Shown in pieces: positions 40,046 through 49,734 of a stretch of DNA of 64,000 nt (its first letter is position 1; each line of letters opens with the position of its first letter). A program made the position numbers and the translations under genes. The notes beneath the pieces are model-generated. The model saw only the letters and a program-made list of their open reading frames with translations, did no database searches and was not told where the DNA came from. Origin of the DNA: a virus; the IMG/VR virus record IMGVR_UViG_3300042332_001447, positions 31,774 through 95,773 of that record; one strand, given 5' to 3'.

Positions 40046-42340
40046 TTCTGAGAAGTTCTGACTCGTGCGAGTTGCAATAAAGTTGATCAAAATAAACTCT
40101 GCTGTACGGACAGGTTTTAAATAAATATCTACGATTAATTCGTTATTATCTATAGTAGCTGGCGTGTTATTTCTATCATCGCAGACTATTAAATAGTCGT
40201 ACACGCCTTCTGTGTTCTTAGCAAGTTCAAATATCGGTGTTATTGTATTAACGAAACGGCTGCGAGTTACAGCTGTGTTAGACTCAAAAACAAAATACTT
40301 TGCTACTCTCAATACAGCTTTTTCAAGCGTCAAGAAAAGTCTTCTAACATTAACTCTATCAAAAGCAGATGGCTTTACTTGTAAGGTCTTTTGACCGAAA
40401 ACTGCATAACCGTCTCCTGTAAAGAAGCATACAGGGTTTACTGATATTGTATATAGGTAGTCTCTTTGCTTTTGATTTGGGTTAAATCCGATGTCGTTAA
40501 TGTTGTTAACAACGCCTCTTGTGAGACCAGCAGGTGCAAACCAAGGATAAGCTACAGCGTCTGTTCTAGCATATATAGCTGCAGCAAAACCGGAAAACGG
40601 AACCCACATTAAATTATCAAGAGAGTTATCGTTAACTCTCACCCAGTTGCCGTATGTTACACTATAATTACTATTTACACCTGCATAGGATTGTTTTAAA
40701 TGAGCGTAAATATCCGTAGTAAAATTTGTTGTCTTTTTAGATAGTGTTTTAACTGCACCATTTACAAAGATATTTCTTAACGGATCTGAAATAAATACAC
40801 AATCCTTACGTACGTAAGTGGCAAAATTATTGAATATGTTGAATATAGTTCTCCAACCACCGTCTATAGTGGCTGGTATAGCTGCAGACGATTGATTTAT
40901 AGAATCATCATATAACTGAGTTACAGTGTCTTTATACGCATTAATTGTACTCAATCCTCCGTCAACTACGATATCAAGATCTATTGTATCTGAGGTTTCA
41001 ACCAAGCGAAGCACACGTTCTACTTTAGTGGGTATATCGCCTAGAAGTTTTTCAACTCCATCGTTATACGAAGGTTTATATACCCCTTTCGGGAAGAGCG
41101 ATTTTGCATCACTACTTAACCTTACATTTTTATTCGGGTTATTATTGGTTAAACTTACCCAATCTGTTCTTAAAGATATTTCAGGGTTTACTAGAACAGT
41201 AATATTAGGAGATTTAGAATTTATAACATTCTCAATAAAATACGATCTAGATTTACCGGCACCGCTTGTCGCTAATTCTTTCTTGGTACTATCCAAGGAA
41301 CCTGCATAAGATTCTGCTAAAGAAATACTGAGTGTTTGTGGTTCATTGTTACTACGGAATACTTTAAACACGTTAACAAGCAAGCTGTCTCTGTAGTAAT
41401 CATCAGCAAAATAATATGTTTGTGTTCTTTCTATGGCTTCAGATACACTGTCTTTCGGGAATGTGTTCTGAGCAGATAAAGCAAACCCTAAGCGAGCTGG
41501 AGGAATCGGGTAAAAGACATTTGCTGCTGTAAGAGAATATATATTTGATACTGAGTCAAAATTGGTCTCAGGTCCAATATTAGCATTGTCAGTAATAGAA
41601 ACGTAATAACCTTCAAAGTTTTGATTGATTACGGTTTGGGAGTCGTTTAGAATTATAATACCTGCAGACATCTGTCTTGTTACTGAAGTAAATGCTGCAG
41701 TACCGATATTGTTAACGACGAGCGCAGTTGTTTCGTATGTTAATGTAGCTGATACAGGTACACCGAAACTATCGGATGAAAAGGTAATTTGAAAGGTATC
41801 ATCAGGATCTACTCCAATGACTGAGCTAATTAAAGTAGGGTCTCCAGCCATACCTGCAGGTACTGTTACTGAAGTTAATACATACCCAATAGATGTACTA
41901 GCACCAGCGACACCGGCTGTAGCACTCCATGAAAAATCTCCTTGTTTAATAGCGTTATATTCACCTTCGTTTAGCGTAATATGAGTAGGTTGATCAATGA
42001 CAAAACCGGAAGTACTTGAAACTACAGGGTATAAGAGTGCACTATATGCTGTTGCAAATTGATCTCCTGCACCTGAACCATAAGGTAGACGAGAAACTAT
42101 AAGACTTGCAGGGGAATTTAAAATTTCTTTACAGGTATTGTGGAAATAACGCTCTGCAGGAGTTGTTGGTTTACCTAAGGTGCTCTCAAGTTCTGAAGTC
42201 GTTGTAATATTTAAAATTACATCTGTAGGTCCTTCTGCAGCAAAGCCGGTTGCAAGCACTCTTGTGCCAACTGGTGTAGCGGGGTTGACTGATAAATCTT
42301 TTTCTGTTATTTGTACGCCGGGTGAATTTATAGAACGCAT
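40037..42340 (-). CDS. gp18: tail sheath protein gp18
   Basis: SPGVQITEKDL, PWFAPAGLTRG, QRDYLY..SVNPV, GQKTL...SAFDRVNVRRLF. Confidence 0.95.
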   Translation of the reverse strand: MRSINSPGVQITEKDLSVNPATPVGTRVLATGFAAEGPTDVILNITTTSELESTLGKPTTPAERYFHNTCKEILNSPASLIVSRLPYGSGAGDQFATAYSALLYPVVSSTSGFVIDQPTHITLNEGEYNAIKQGDFSWSATAGVAGASTSIGYVLTSVTVPAGMAGDPTLISSVIGVDPDDTFQITFSSDSFGVPVSATLTYETTALVVNNIGTAAFTSVTRQMSAGIIILNDSQTVINQNFEGYYVSITDNANIGPETNFDSVSNIYSLTAANVFYPIPPARLGFALSAQNTFPKDSVSEAIERTQTYYFADDYYRDSLLVNVFKVFRSNNEPQTLSISLAESYAGSLDSTKKELATSGAGKSRSYFIENVINSKSPNITVLVNPEISLRTDWVSLTNNNPNKNVRLSSDAKSLFPKGVYKPSYNDGVEKLLGDIPTKVERVLRLVETSDTIDLDIVVDGGLSTINAYKDTVTQLYDDSINQSSAAIPATIDGGWRTIFNIFNNFATYVRKDCVFISDPLRNIFVNGAVKTLSKKTTNFTTDIYAHLKQSYAGVNSNYSVTYGNWVRVNDNSLDNLMWVPFSGFAAAIYARTDAVAYPWFAPAGLTRGVVNNINDIGFNPNQKQRDYLYTISVNPVCFFTGDGYAVFGQKTLQVKPSAFDRVNVRRLFLTLEKAVLRVAKYFVFESNTAVTRSRFVNTITPIFELAKNTEGVYDYLIVCDDRNNTPATIDNNELIVDIYLKPVRTAEFILINFIATRTSQNFSELV

Positions 42341-42398
42341 ATCTTATGTTATTATTTATGCGTTTTTGATAAATTTTTTATGAGTAATAAAAAAATCT

Positions 42399-42992
42399 CT
42401 ATGCGTCGGTCAGATGCTTAACGTCAAATTGACTGTACTGTAATGTGAACTCTGAGTCCATTACACTATTTTCCCTATAGTTATAGTTAATACCGCCTAA
42501 ACTAGTAATAAAACAATAATAATAAACAAACTCTACAACCGGGGCATTATACTCGTTAAGGCCAAAAACTGACACGTTTGTTTGATACTCCACCATATCA
42601 TCACTACCTTTTAATGACCCAGAGCTTCCAGCGTAATTACTCTCTCTAGGTGTATTTAAAACTGATAACCACTTCCACAAATACCAGTAATTATAAAACG
42701 TGTTATCTACAACAAATTTTACATTTAATGGCTCGTAATTAGGTCTCGTGTGACTAGATACATTATAAGTCTGACCACCAAAAGGAACTTGTATGGCTGG
42801 TACTTGTATAGATGGTACTACGGAGCCAAATACGCTAATCTGTAGCGGATCAATATTTAATTTTTTATTATCAAAAATTTTATGTCTTATAAGTTCAGGT
42901 ACATTTAAAACCAATAAAAATTTATCAGTACTCGGTCTATTGAGTACTGATTGCTCTGTTGGGTTCGGACAAATACTTTCAGACATTATCAA
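42399..42992 (-). CDS. gp3: tail completion / sheath stabiliser, gp3-like
   Basis: VPSI...IQVP...YEPLNVKFVVD..FYNYW..WKW...F...FITSLGGI.Y. Confidence 0.65.
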   Translation of the reverse strand: MIMSESICPNPTEQSVLNRPSTDKFLLVLNVPELIRHKIFDNKKLNIDPLQISVFGSVVPSIQVPAIQVPFGGQTYNVSSHTRPNYEPLNVKFVVDNTFYNYWYLWKWLSVLNTPRESNYAGSSGSLKGSDDMVEYQTNVSVFGLNEYNAPVVEFVYYYCFITSLGGINYNYRENSVMDSEFTLQYSQFDVKHLTDA

Positions 42993-42997
42993 TATAC

Positions 42998-44539
42998 TTA
43001 TTGCAAAGGCACGTAACCTAAAGATAATAACTCTTCCATATCTTGATCTGCTTGTACTTCAATTTTAGATAACTCTTCCGGTGTTATTAACCTTTCGTGC
43101 TTACTTTCAGTAAATGTGTTATTAGGATCTGCAATATGGTTCTCAACTAAGTGACCGACTATATACAAATTCGGGTCTTTAGTATCATATCCATTAGATA
43201 AAATTTTTAAAGGTTTTTCCTGAGTATCATGCTCAGCAATTTCAAAATACTGTTGACATATTTCTGACTCTAATATAAACAACGCCCATACAGTTGCCAT
43301 TACTTTATCGTCAGTGTACGTGTCATTTTTCTTGCGATAAGTACCGTTTGGATAACGGATAAACGTTTCAAGTTCTTTAATAGTGTCCATGTCGTTTATG
43401 CTCACTACCTGTAATGTATTCATCCAGTATCGCATATTAGCAACACTTGCAAATCGCATATTATTATGACTCAAGACTCCTAAGTGTCTTGTGTTTGACA
43501 TAGAACCTGTGCTTGATAGCTTTGAACAACTTACTATTTTTTCATACATATGCTTATGAAACATAGTATCTATAACCTGCCCTCCACAGTTATTTCTCTC
43601 TATAAGCAAAGGTGGTTTGCCCCATTGATTGCAAAGAAAGTTTAATTTATTTGCAAAATGATACGGTTCAACGACATTAGTGCTATATACAGCCACTTGC
43701 TTAATATCTGTTAAATCGGTTACATCTAGTACCTGTGCCACTGAAAATGCTCTACCTATGCCTTCTCCTACATCGACTCCTATAACATAGAGACTTTGCG
43801 GTGACGGTTCTTCAAATACTTGATAACAACCTTCTTCACCAGTCCATATAGGTTTTTTATGCTGTTCTTTAAAACGCTCTATAACCGAAGCGCCTATTGC
43901 AGAGTTATTAATATCTGTAAACTGGTTGCCAAATTCTTGTTGAAAACTTTCTTCAGAACCAAGAGCACTTATCATCTGTTTTTTCCACTTATCGGTTCTA
44001 TCTGGTACATCCCACCAATCAATGCGCTCTGCAGTCCACCCGTTTGCGTTCTTTTCAGCCTCGGAATAAATCTCATAAAATTTATTACCGACTCCATTCG
44101 GGGTACTTACCATAAAAATTTTTGTTTTTTTACCTGAAGAAACAATAGGTATAACAGACTTCCAAAATTCTTCAAGAAGATGTGTATTATGTTGTAAGAT
44201 GTTATTTGCAAAATATGTATGCGTGTCTTTTACGTTCTTAATATCATAAACAAAGTCTTTTTTAAATTTGTTAATGCTTATTACTTTTGAAAATCCGCTT
44301 TTTGTTGAAATGTTACGATTTAGACTATTTTTACAAAAAATTCTTTCACCGTTTTCTCCTATAAAAGCGTGAGTACTTGTACACTTAACAGATTCTCCGT
44401 TCTCTGTTACCACAGTGTATAATTGTTTCTTTTTTAGCTTAATAATCCCATCGAAAGATTTCCATCCTTGCGGGGTCTGTATCTCCCAATCCCCTGTGTT
44501 TAGAGCAGTTTGTAAAATATCGTCATATGGTAGTTTCAT
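42998..44539 (-). CDS. terL: terminase large subunit, C-terminal half, preceded by a 118-aa C-intein (44186-44539)
   Basis: ...VYDI..V....YFANNILQHN|T, then VSTPNG, FQQEFG, GVDVGEG, IERNN, DDKVMA nuclease motifs. Confidence 0.9.
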   Translation of the reverse strand: MKLPYDDILQTALNTGDWEIQTPQGWKSFDGIIKLKKKQLYTVVTENGESVKCTSTHAFIGENGERIFCKNSLNRNISTKSGFSKVISINKFKKDFVYDIKNVKDTHTYFANNILQHNTHLLEEFWKSVIPIVSSGKKTKIFMVSTPNGVGNKFYEIYSEAEKNANGWTAERIDWWDVPDRTDKWKKQMISALGSEESFQQEFGNQFTDINNSAIGASVIERFKEQHKKPIWTGEEGCYQVFEEPSPQSLYVIGVDVGEGIGRAFSVAQVLDVTDLTDIKQVAVYSTNVVEPYHFANKLNFLCNQWGKPPLLIERNNCGGQVIDTMFHKHMYEKIVSCSKLSSTGSMSNTRHLGVLSHNNMRFASVANMRYWMNTLQVVSINDMDTIKELETFIRYPNGTYRKKNDTYTDDKVMATVWALFILESEICQQYFEIAEHDTQEKPLKILSNGYDTKDPNLYIVGHLVENHIADPNNTFTESKHERLITPEELSKIEVQADQDMEELLSLGYVPLQ

Positions 44540-44648
44540 TATAAAAATTAAAATCTTTTTCGGTTATAAGTTTGTAGTTGTTGTTATTATTACATTCCTC
44601 AGTGAAAAATTTTATTATTTCTACTCTTGCTTTAACTCTATCAAACAT
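44523..44648 (-). pseudogene. 41-codon mini-ORF between the terL halves, possible endonuclease remnant
   Basis: MFDRVKARVEIIKFFTEECNNNNNYKLITEKDFNFYNETTI; YKLITEKDF resembles the end of TnsA-N/gp4-like nucleases. Confidence 0.35.
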
Positions 44649-44649
44649 A

Positions 44650-45798
44650 TTACACTTCCCTCGTATTAAGATCGACAAACAAATGTTCTAAACTAATTGT
44701 TTTTATTTCTTGAGTGTATTTATTTTTTATAACTACTTCGGAATCTCCAGCCAAGCAATCAATAAACGCTGCTTCGTCTATGCAATTATGAATCAAGATG
44801 TTATTAGCAAAAAAATAACCAGTATCTGTATTAACAACATCATAAACCCGTATTGGAGGGTTATGCTTCTGTTCTGAAACACTAATTACACTATCCTTAC
44901 CAGATGTTGTTAGTAGTACATCGCTTAATTTAACGTTCTTTGCTTCGACCCATTCATCTAATTCGCATACATAAATCTTGTGCTCTGGTGTTACGGAGAT
45001 AGTATTACCGTTTGTAGTTTCGATATTAATAAAGGTATCTGATTCCCCAGTGCATTTTATATCTTGAAAATTAATAAACCCGTTTCGAGATTTTATTTCG
45101 TAGAGTTGTTTATCTTTTATTTGCAAGCAGCTCTCTTCTATAGTCGGTTCAAAAATTTCGTTAGTAATTTTATTTCTAAGCATTAGCTTAGCATCTCCAC
45201 GTACACACAAAATACTTGCCGTATCTCCACGGGCAGCTGTCGATGTTGTTGTGCTAATACCTATACTGGAATCATTATCAAATGTTACACCTGTTTTTCC
45301 GTATTCTTTAACCCCTGGTTTTAAAAAATTAGGTAAAAGCTCGTATGCAAGTCTGATCTTTTTAAAAATTTTAATAGCTGTATTTTCATTATTAGCTACA
45401 ATAAGAGCTCTTTGATCAGCTGAAAAGCATGTGCTCCATAACGTATATACAGTTAGAATTGTTGACTTACCGCATTGTCTAGAAGCTAACAATACCACAA
45501 ACCGGTTATTTGCAAGTGAACGTAATGCCTTTTTTTGTTTAGGGTAAAGCTTAATTGTTTCTTTACCTCTATCAATATTAGTTATAGTAAAATATTTTTC
45601 AGCAAAATAAACTATATCCTCTGTACATCTTTTAAGCTCCTTAACCATCGCGGGTGTCCAGGTAAACTGAGCATCTTCCTTTGGTATTTTTTTATCTCCT
45701 CTATAGTATTGTGCATCATCTACAGGCTCTAATATAATACTATCTGCAGAATGCTCTACAGGTGCGCTTTGAATAGCGTTTTTACGCGGTCTCCCCAT
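44650..45798 (-). CDS. terL: terminase large subunit, N-terminal half, with a contiguous mini-intein (44785-45207) and a terminal 35-aa N-intein (44653-44757)
   Basis: LYPKQ, ASRQCGKS Walker A, IDEAAFI Walker B; CVRGD...ILIHN|C and CLAGDSEV...stop. Confidence 0.9.
   Translation of the reverse strand: MGRPRKNAIQSAPVEHSADSIILEPVDDAQYYRGDKKIPKEDAQFTWTPAMVKELKRCTEDIVYFAEKYFTITNIDRGKETIKLYPKQKKALRSLANNRFVVLLASRQCGKSTILTVYTLWSTCFSADQRALIVANNENTAIKIFKKIRLAYELLPNFLKPGVKEYGKTGVTFDNDSSIGISTTTSTAARGDTASILCVRGDAKLMLRNKITNEIFEPTIEESCLQIKDKQLYEIKSRNGFINFQDIKCTGESDTFINIETTNGNTISVTPEHKIYVCELDEWVEAKNVKLSDVLLTTSGKDSVISVSEQKHNPPIRVYDVVNTDTGYFFANNILIHNCIDEAAFIDCLAGDSEVVIKNKYTQEIKTISLEHLFVDLNTREV
44785..45207 (-). 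mobile_element. contiguous mini-intein (141 aa, no endonuclease) in TerL
   Basis: C1, VTPEHKI block B, VYDV..FFANNILIHN|C. Confidence 0.9.
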
Positions 45799-45800
45799 AC

Positions 45801-46169
45801 CTACTCTCCACCATTCATTATTGAGAGAAACGTTGTTCTTAAATGTTCTATTAAAGAATCTCTAGCTGCTGGAGTAGATGCATGTGAAATGCAGATTTTT
45901 TCACCGTTAATATCGTACCCTAGAATCATAAACGTCTGCAAGTATTCTGCAACGATAGTATCTAAGTGTTGTAGATCGTGTATCTTACTCTGTTTACCTC
46001 TCGATGCTTCATAGAAACGGGTTAGTGCTTGCTCTATGACATCATCTATTTGCTTTTGTACGAAAGGAGCAGTAGTTACCGGTTTTACTGGGTTTACTGA
46101 TTTAACGGGTCCGTTAGTTTTACGTACACGGGGTTTATTTTTTTTCGGTGTTTCACCTTCTGTTGGCAT
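45801..46169 (-). CDS. hypothetical protein
   Basis: 122-aa ORF preceded by CATAAATA. Confidence 0.55.
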   Translation of the reverse strand: MPTEGETPKKNKPRVRKTNGPVKSVNPVKPVTTAPFVQKQIDDVIEQALTRFYEASRGKQSKIHDLQHLDTIVAEYLQTFMILGYDINGEKICISHASTPAARDSLIEHLRTTFLSIMNGGE

Positions 46170-46211
46170 AACTTATGTCAAATATTTATGTAACTTATTC
46201 ACTTAAACAAG

Positions 46212-46556
46212 TTATTTGTTTTTTATGTTTAATTTTTTTTCAGAAGGATAACTCTCGGATTTATTATTAATACCATAACGAACAAGGTGTTCTACTAACA
46301 CTTCAAAAGAATCTGTCTTTAATTTTAGTCGCCCGGGTATAAATTGCCCGCCATCGTATAACTCTAAATACGTTTCTTCAATAAGAGGGTCTTCTACATA
46401 ACATGTACAAAAAACAGACGCATAACCAGGATCAATAATTATTGACCATACCCGAGGGTCTATGTCATTATAATCAGTAAAAAGTTTATAAGCATAGTAA
46501 CCACTATCTCTTAATCGTTTGAGTGTGTATCCTAGAGTTGTGAGTTTATTCGCCAT
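46212..46556 (-). CDS. hypothetical protein
   Basis: 114-aa ORF within the operon. Confidence 0.55.
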   Translation of the reverse strand: MANKLTTLGYTLKRLRDSGYYAYKLFTDYNDIDPRVWSIIIDPGYASVFCTCYVEDPLIEETYLELYDGGQFIPGRLKLKTDSFEVLVEHLVRYGINNKSESYPSEKKLNIKNK

Positions 46557-46569
46557 AATTTTTATTAAT

Positions 46570-47310
46570 CTACTTTACAAGACCTGAAATAATAAATTTC
46601 ACATCTATATATTCATCAACATACTCAATACACGCGATTTTAAGAGTAGCATTAATTTTAACATTAAATGCATGTGTTTTAAGACCTGCTAGCAATCTCA
46701 CACTTTCTAACCCCAATATTATTGGAACTGTAATATCATTACCCGTGTAAGTATCTGCAATCTGGTAACACACATTATTTACATTGTGTCTTTCAAAATC
46801 ATTAAGCTCGGCGTATACTTTTGTATCTTTAGTGGATATGTAAATTTTATCAGATTCTGTCGCTATAGAACTACCCTTTAAAAGTTCTTGTAACTTGTTC
46901 ACGGTTAGCACAAACTCACTATCATAATTAAACTTTTTAATTTTTTCTGGGCTAATAGGGCAGCGAGGCATTACTCCATCTTCAAGTAGAAAATAATTAA
47001 ATTTGAATATATCGTCTTTATATCGTAAATGATTACCATGTATTTCTATTTCAATATCATCTTTTTCTATACAATCTAACAAACGTATAAATTTCTTAAT
47101 ATCTGGTATATTAATATTACTCTTTATATCTGTGCACTCTGCTGCTTTATAGCTAGCGTATAAAACCGCACTACCACCTGCTTGAGATGTGCATATAGTA
47201 TAAAAAATATCTTCTTGTTTTATTATAGATACATTATCTGCTACCTTGCTTATAGGTAGCAGATAATGAGATAAAAAACTATTTTTCTTAAATTTAATTA
47301 TTGAATTCAC
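46570..47310 (-). CDS. gp45: sliding clamp, gp45-like
   Basis: 246 aa; INIPDIKKFIRLLD motif and clamp-like two-domain pattern; gp44 is present in the window. Confidence 0.65.
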   Translation of the reverse strand: MNSIIKFKKNSFLSHYLLPISKVADNVSIIKQEDIFYTICTSQAGGSAVLYASYKAAECTDIKSNINIPDIKKFIRLLDCIEKDDIEIEIHGNHLRYKDDIFKFNYFLLEDGVMPRCPISPEKIKKFNYDSEFVLTVNKLQELLKGSSIATESDKIYISTKDTKVYAELNDFERHNVNNVCYQIADTYTGNDITVPIILGLESVRLLAGLKTHAFNVKINATLKIACIEYVDEYIDVKFIISGLVK

Positions 47311-47732
47311 GTTTTTTGTAATACAGCAACAATAGTATTAAGTGTTTCGTTAATATCAACTAAATTTGTAGATAACTTTTCTAGTACGTCTATTACGCTT
47401 TTATCTAATACACTGCTACTATGTGAAGTGTTATTATATTTTTCATTAAGAGGGAATTGAGGTAATTGAGGCATACTTGCTACAGGCGGCGGTAGAGGAT
47501 ATGCCATTGCAGCCTCTCTATTTAACTGATCAATTATAGCTTGCTGATTTACTACACTACTCTCTGTTTGTATTTGCTGTGCTTGCTGTATGGATGGTAT
47601 AAACGAAATAGGATTTAGTCTATTTGCTGGACCTAGACTTGAAGTCTGAGTCGTATACTGGTCTATAGTATGTAGCTCATTTGCTGCAGATTTAGCTAGA
47701 AAAGCTATTGCTAGTTCATCATCATTAATCAT
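47307..47732 (-). CDS. hypothetical protein
   Basis: 141-aa Gln/Pro-rich ORF. Confidence 0.5.
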   Translation of the reverse strand: MINDDELAIAFLAKSAANELHTIDQYTTQTSSLGPANRLNPISFIPSIQQAQQIQTESSVVNQQAIIDQLNREAAMAYPLPPPVASMPQLPQFPLNEKYNNTSHSSSVLDKSVIDVLEKLSTNLVDINETLNTIVAVLQKT

Positions 47733-47741
47733 AAGTATATA

Positions 47742-48797
47742 TTATCTTATTAGAGATTTATAAACATCAAGCGTTACTCCAGGTTTGAAACCATCTTCTA
47801 CTCCCTTTACTATCACTGACACTGCATCATGAGAGTGTAGAGATTCTAGATGCGAACACACTACCTTGAAGTCTTTAATGCGTTGATCGTTGTTAAGTTT
47901 TTCGTAGAGCAGTCTTGCCGCGTCTTCGACAAATTTGAGATTAGAACCGTTAAGCTCTGCAAACGCTTGCTCGTCCTCTCTCTTAACGATTACTTGAGTC
48001 TCTGTTTTAAGAGCACTCAAACAAATTTCTTGAAGATCTTCGATCCAAAGCATATCTTCAAATAAAACAGATACTCTTGCAACTGATCTCTGGCTATGTG
48101 AAACTACTGCTCTATTTCTATATTTTGATGCATGCTCTCCTAACTCATAGCTGCACGGGCACGCACTACTATACACAAAATCAAAATGTATATATTTTTT
48201 AAAGTTGTTATCTCTCAACCAATCTCCTTCAAGCGTTACTGAGTAGTACTGATACCCTGAATTACCTGAACGCAGTGACTTCTGAACAATGGGGTAAGAA
48301 ATGTTCAGCATAATTCTCGCATCAAAAACATCGAGACGATCTTTATAAGCTTGTAATACGTCTTTAATTTTATCGATGCAAAAAATATGATCTTTAAACT
48401 CGTAAAAAGATCTCATAATACGAGACATATTAATACCTTTCTTGTGAGATTCCAAAGAAACAGTGCCTGTAATGCTTGTTTCTAAATCTAAAAACGAACC
48501 AGTTCTCGTACGATATCTGAGTGGTAGCTTAAAGTTGTTAATACCGACTTGTTGTATGGGTACCGGTGCTCCGCAGATTAGCGAGCTCGGACCATTCTGT
48601 AAATCTGGTAACGACTGCAAATACTTTTCAGTTACTTCTAATTTATCATCATATATTCTAATAGGGGGTATATATGTATCCGCATAAACTGAGGTAGTGC
48701 ATTGCTTGGCTAGCTTATCTTTTTCAGTGTTGTTTGCAAATTCATGTTCATCTTCCAACCAATCGTAGGTGTTTTTATTTGGCATGTTCATACTCAT
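47742..48797 (-). CDS. folE2: GTP cyclohydrolase IB
   Basis: LPDLQ, IQQVGI, KGINMSR, SACPCS, HSQRS, VKREDE, FVEDAAR, ESLHSHDA. Confidence 0.92.
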   Translation of the reverse strand: MSMNMPNKNTYDWLEDEHEFANNTEKDKLAKQCTTSVYADTYIPPIRIYDDKLEVTEKYLQSLPDLQNGPSSLICGAPVPIQQVGINNFKLPLRYRTRTGSFLDLETSITGTVSLESHKKGINMSRIMRSFYEFKDHIFCIDKIKDVLQAYKDRLDVFDARIMLNISYPIVQKSLRSGNSGYQYYSVTLEGDWLRDNNFKKYIHFDFVYSSACPCSYELGEHASKYRNRAVVSHSQRSVARVSVLFEDMLWIEDLQEICLSALKTETQVIVKREDEQAFAELNGSNLKFVEDAARLLYEKLNNDQRIKDFKVVCSHLESLHSHDAVSVIVKGVEDGFKPGVTLDVYKSLIR

Positions 48798-48803
48798 ATA
48801 AAA

Positions 48804-49727
48804 TTACAGACCTGCAAGCAATTCCTTAAGTTTTGCATCTGTATCGTCTTCTGTGACCGGGTCTTTTGCACTCTCTACTCCTTCGAAAATCATATCAAGA
48901 TCTGCGTTCTTAGCTGGTGTCTCAATATCTAGCGTAGGTTTAGCTAGAGCAGCTGTAACATTAGCGGTAGAAATCTCTTCATTAATCTCGTCTTCAGTTT
49001 CTGTGTCTTGGATACAGAAGAAATGTTGATCAATCATACGCTGCAATTCTGCACGTGTCTTCGGCTTAAACATCTTAGTGAGATCAAATACTCCATTATG
49101 AATAGCTTCAATTTTTGCTTCACTGACACCTTCGAGCGCTGTTGGTGAGATAAATTTTGAAGATGCATATGTAACAAAATTACGAGCATTAGCACTACCT
49201 GCTCTTGATTCGCATTTAATACGCAAGCTACAGCCATTAGCTACATCGAAAATTTTCTCTGCTCCAAATTCATCTGCATCATCTCCGTCAATAGCGCTAG
49301 TAATGATCTTAGCAAGTTCTTTACCATAACGAATAATCTTAACCTTACCTTCGTTATCTGAATTAGATGGATCAGAAATAACATACGCATTAACCATCCA
49401 AGCTTCTTTCCGTGTAATAGGTTTCATACGTTCTTTCTCTTCCGTTGTACCGGTGCGGTACGTCTTAATGACGTAATCATCAATAGGGCATCCTTCATTA
49501 TAGGTAGCTGGGCAAAGAGCTGTAACAAACTGCCCTGTGGCAATACTATTCCAGCTATGATGCCAGTAATGATAGATAGACTGTCTAGGTTCAACAATAT
49601 TAGGTACAAGACGAACCACATAGGTTTTTCCTGGTTCGAATTTCATTATTTCTTTATACGGGCTATCATCTTTTTTTGTTGTAAGAGACGCTTTAATTTC
49701 GCTGAATAGGTTTTTTGTTAATGTCAT
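48804..49727 (-). CDS. gp32: single-stranded DNA-binding protein gp32
   Basis: VVRLVP, CP....E.CPI, YVISDPSN.DNEGKVKI..YGK, acidic C-terminal tail. Confidence 0.85.
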   Translation of the reverse strand: MTLTKNLFSEIKASLTTKKDDSPYKEIMKFEPGKTYVVRLVPNIVEPRQSIYHYWHHSWNSIATGQFVTALCPATYNEGCPIDDYVIKTYRTGTTEEKERMKPITRKEAWMVNAYVISDPSNSDNEGKVKIIRYGKELAKIITSAIDGDDADEFGAEKIFDVANGCSLRIKCESRAGSANARNFVTYASSKFISPTALEGVSEAKIEAIHNGVFDLTKMFKPKTRAELQRMIDQHFFCIQDTETEDEINEEISTANVTAALAKPTLDIETPAKNADLDMIFEGVESAKDPVTEDDTDAKLKELLAGL

Positions 49728-49734
49728 ACGTTTA

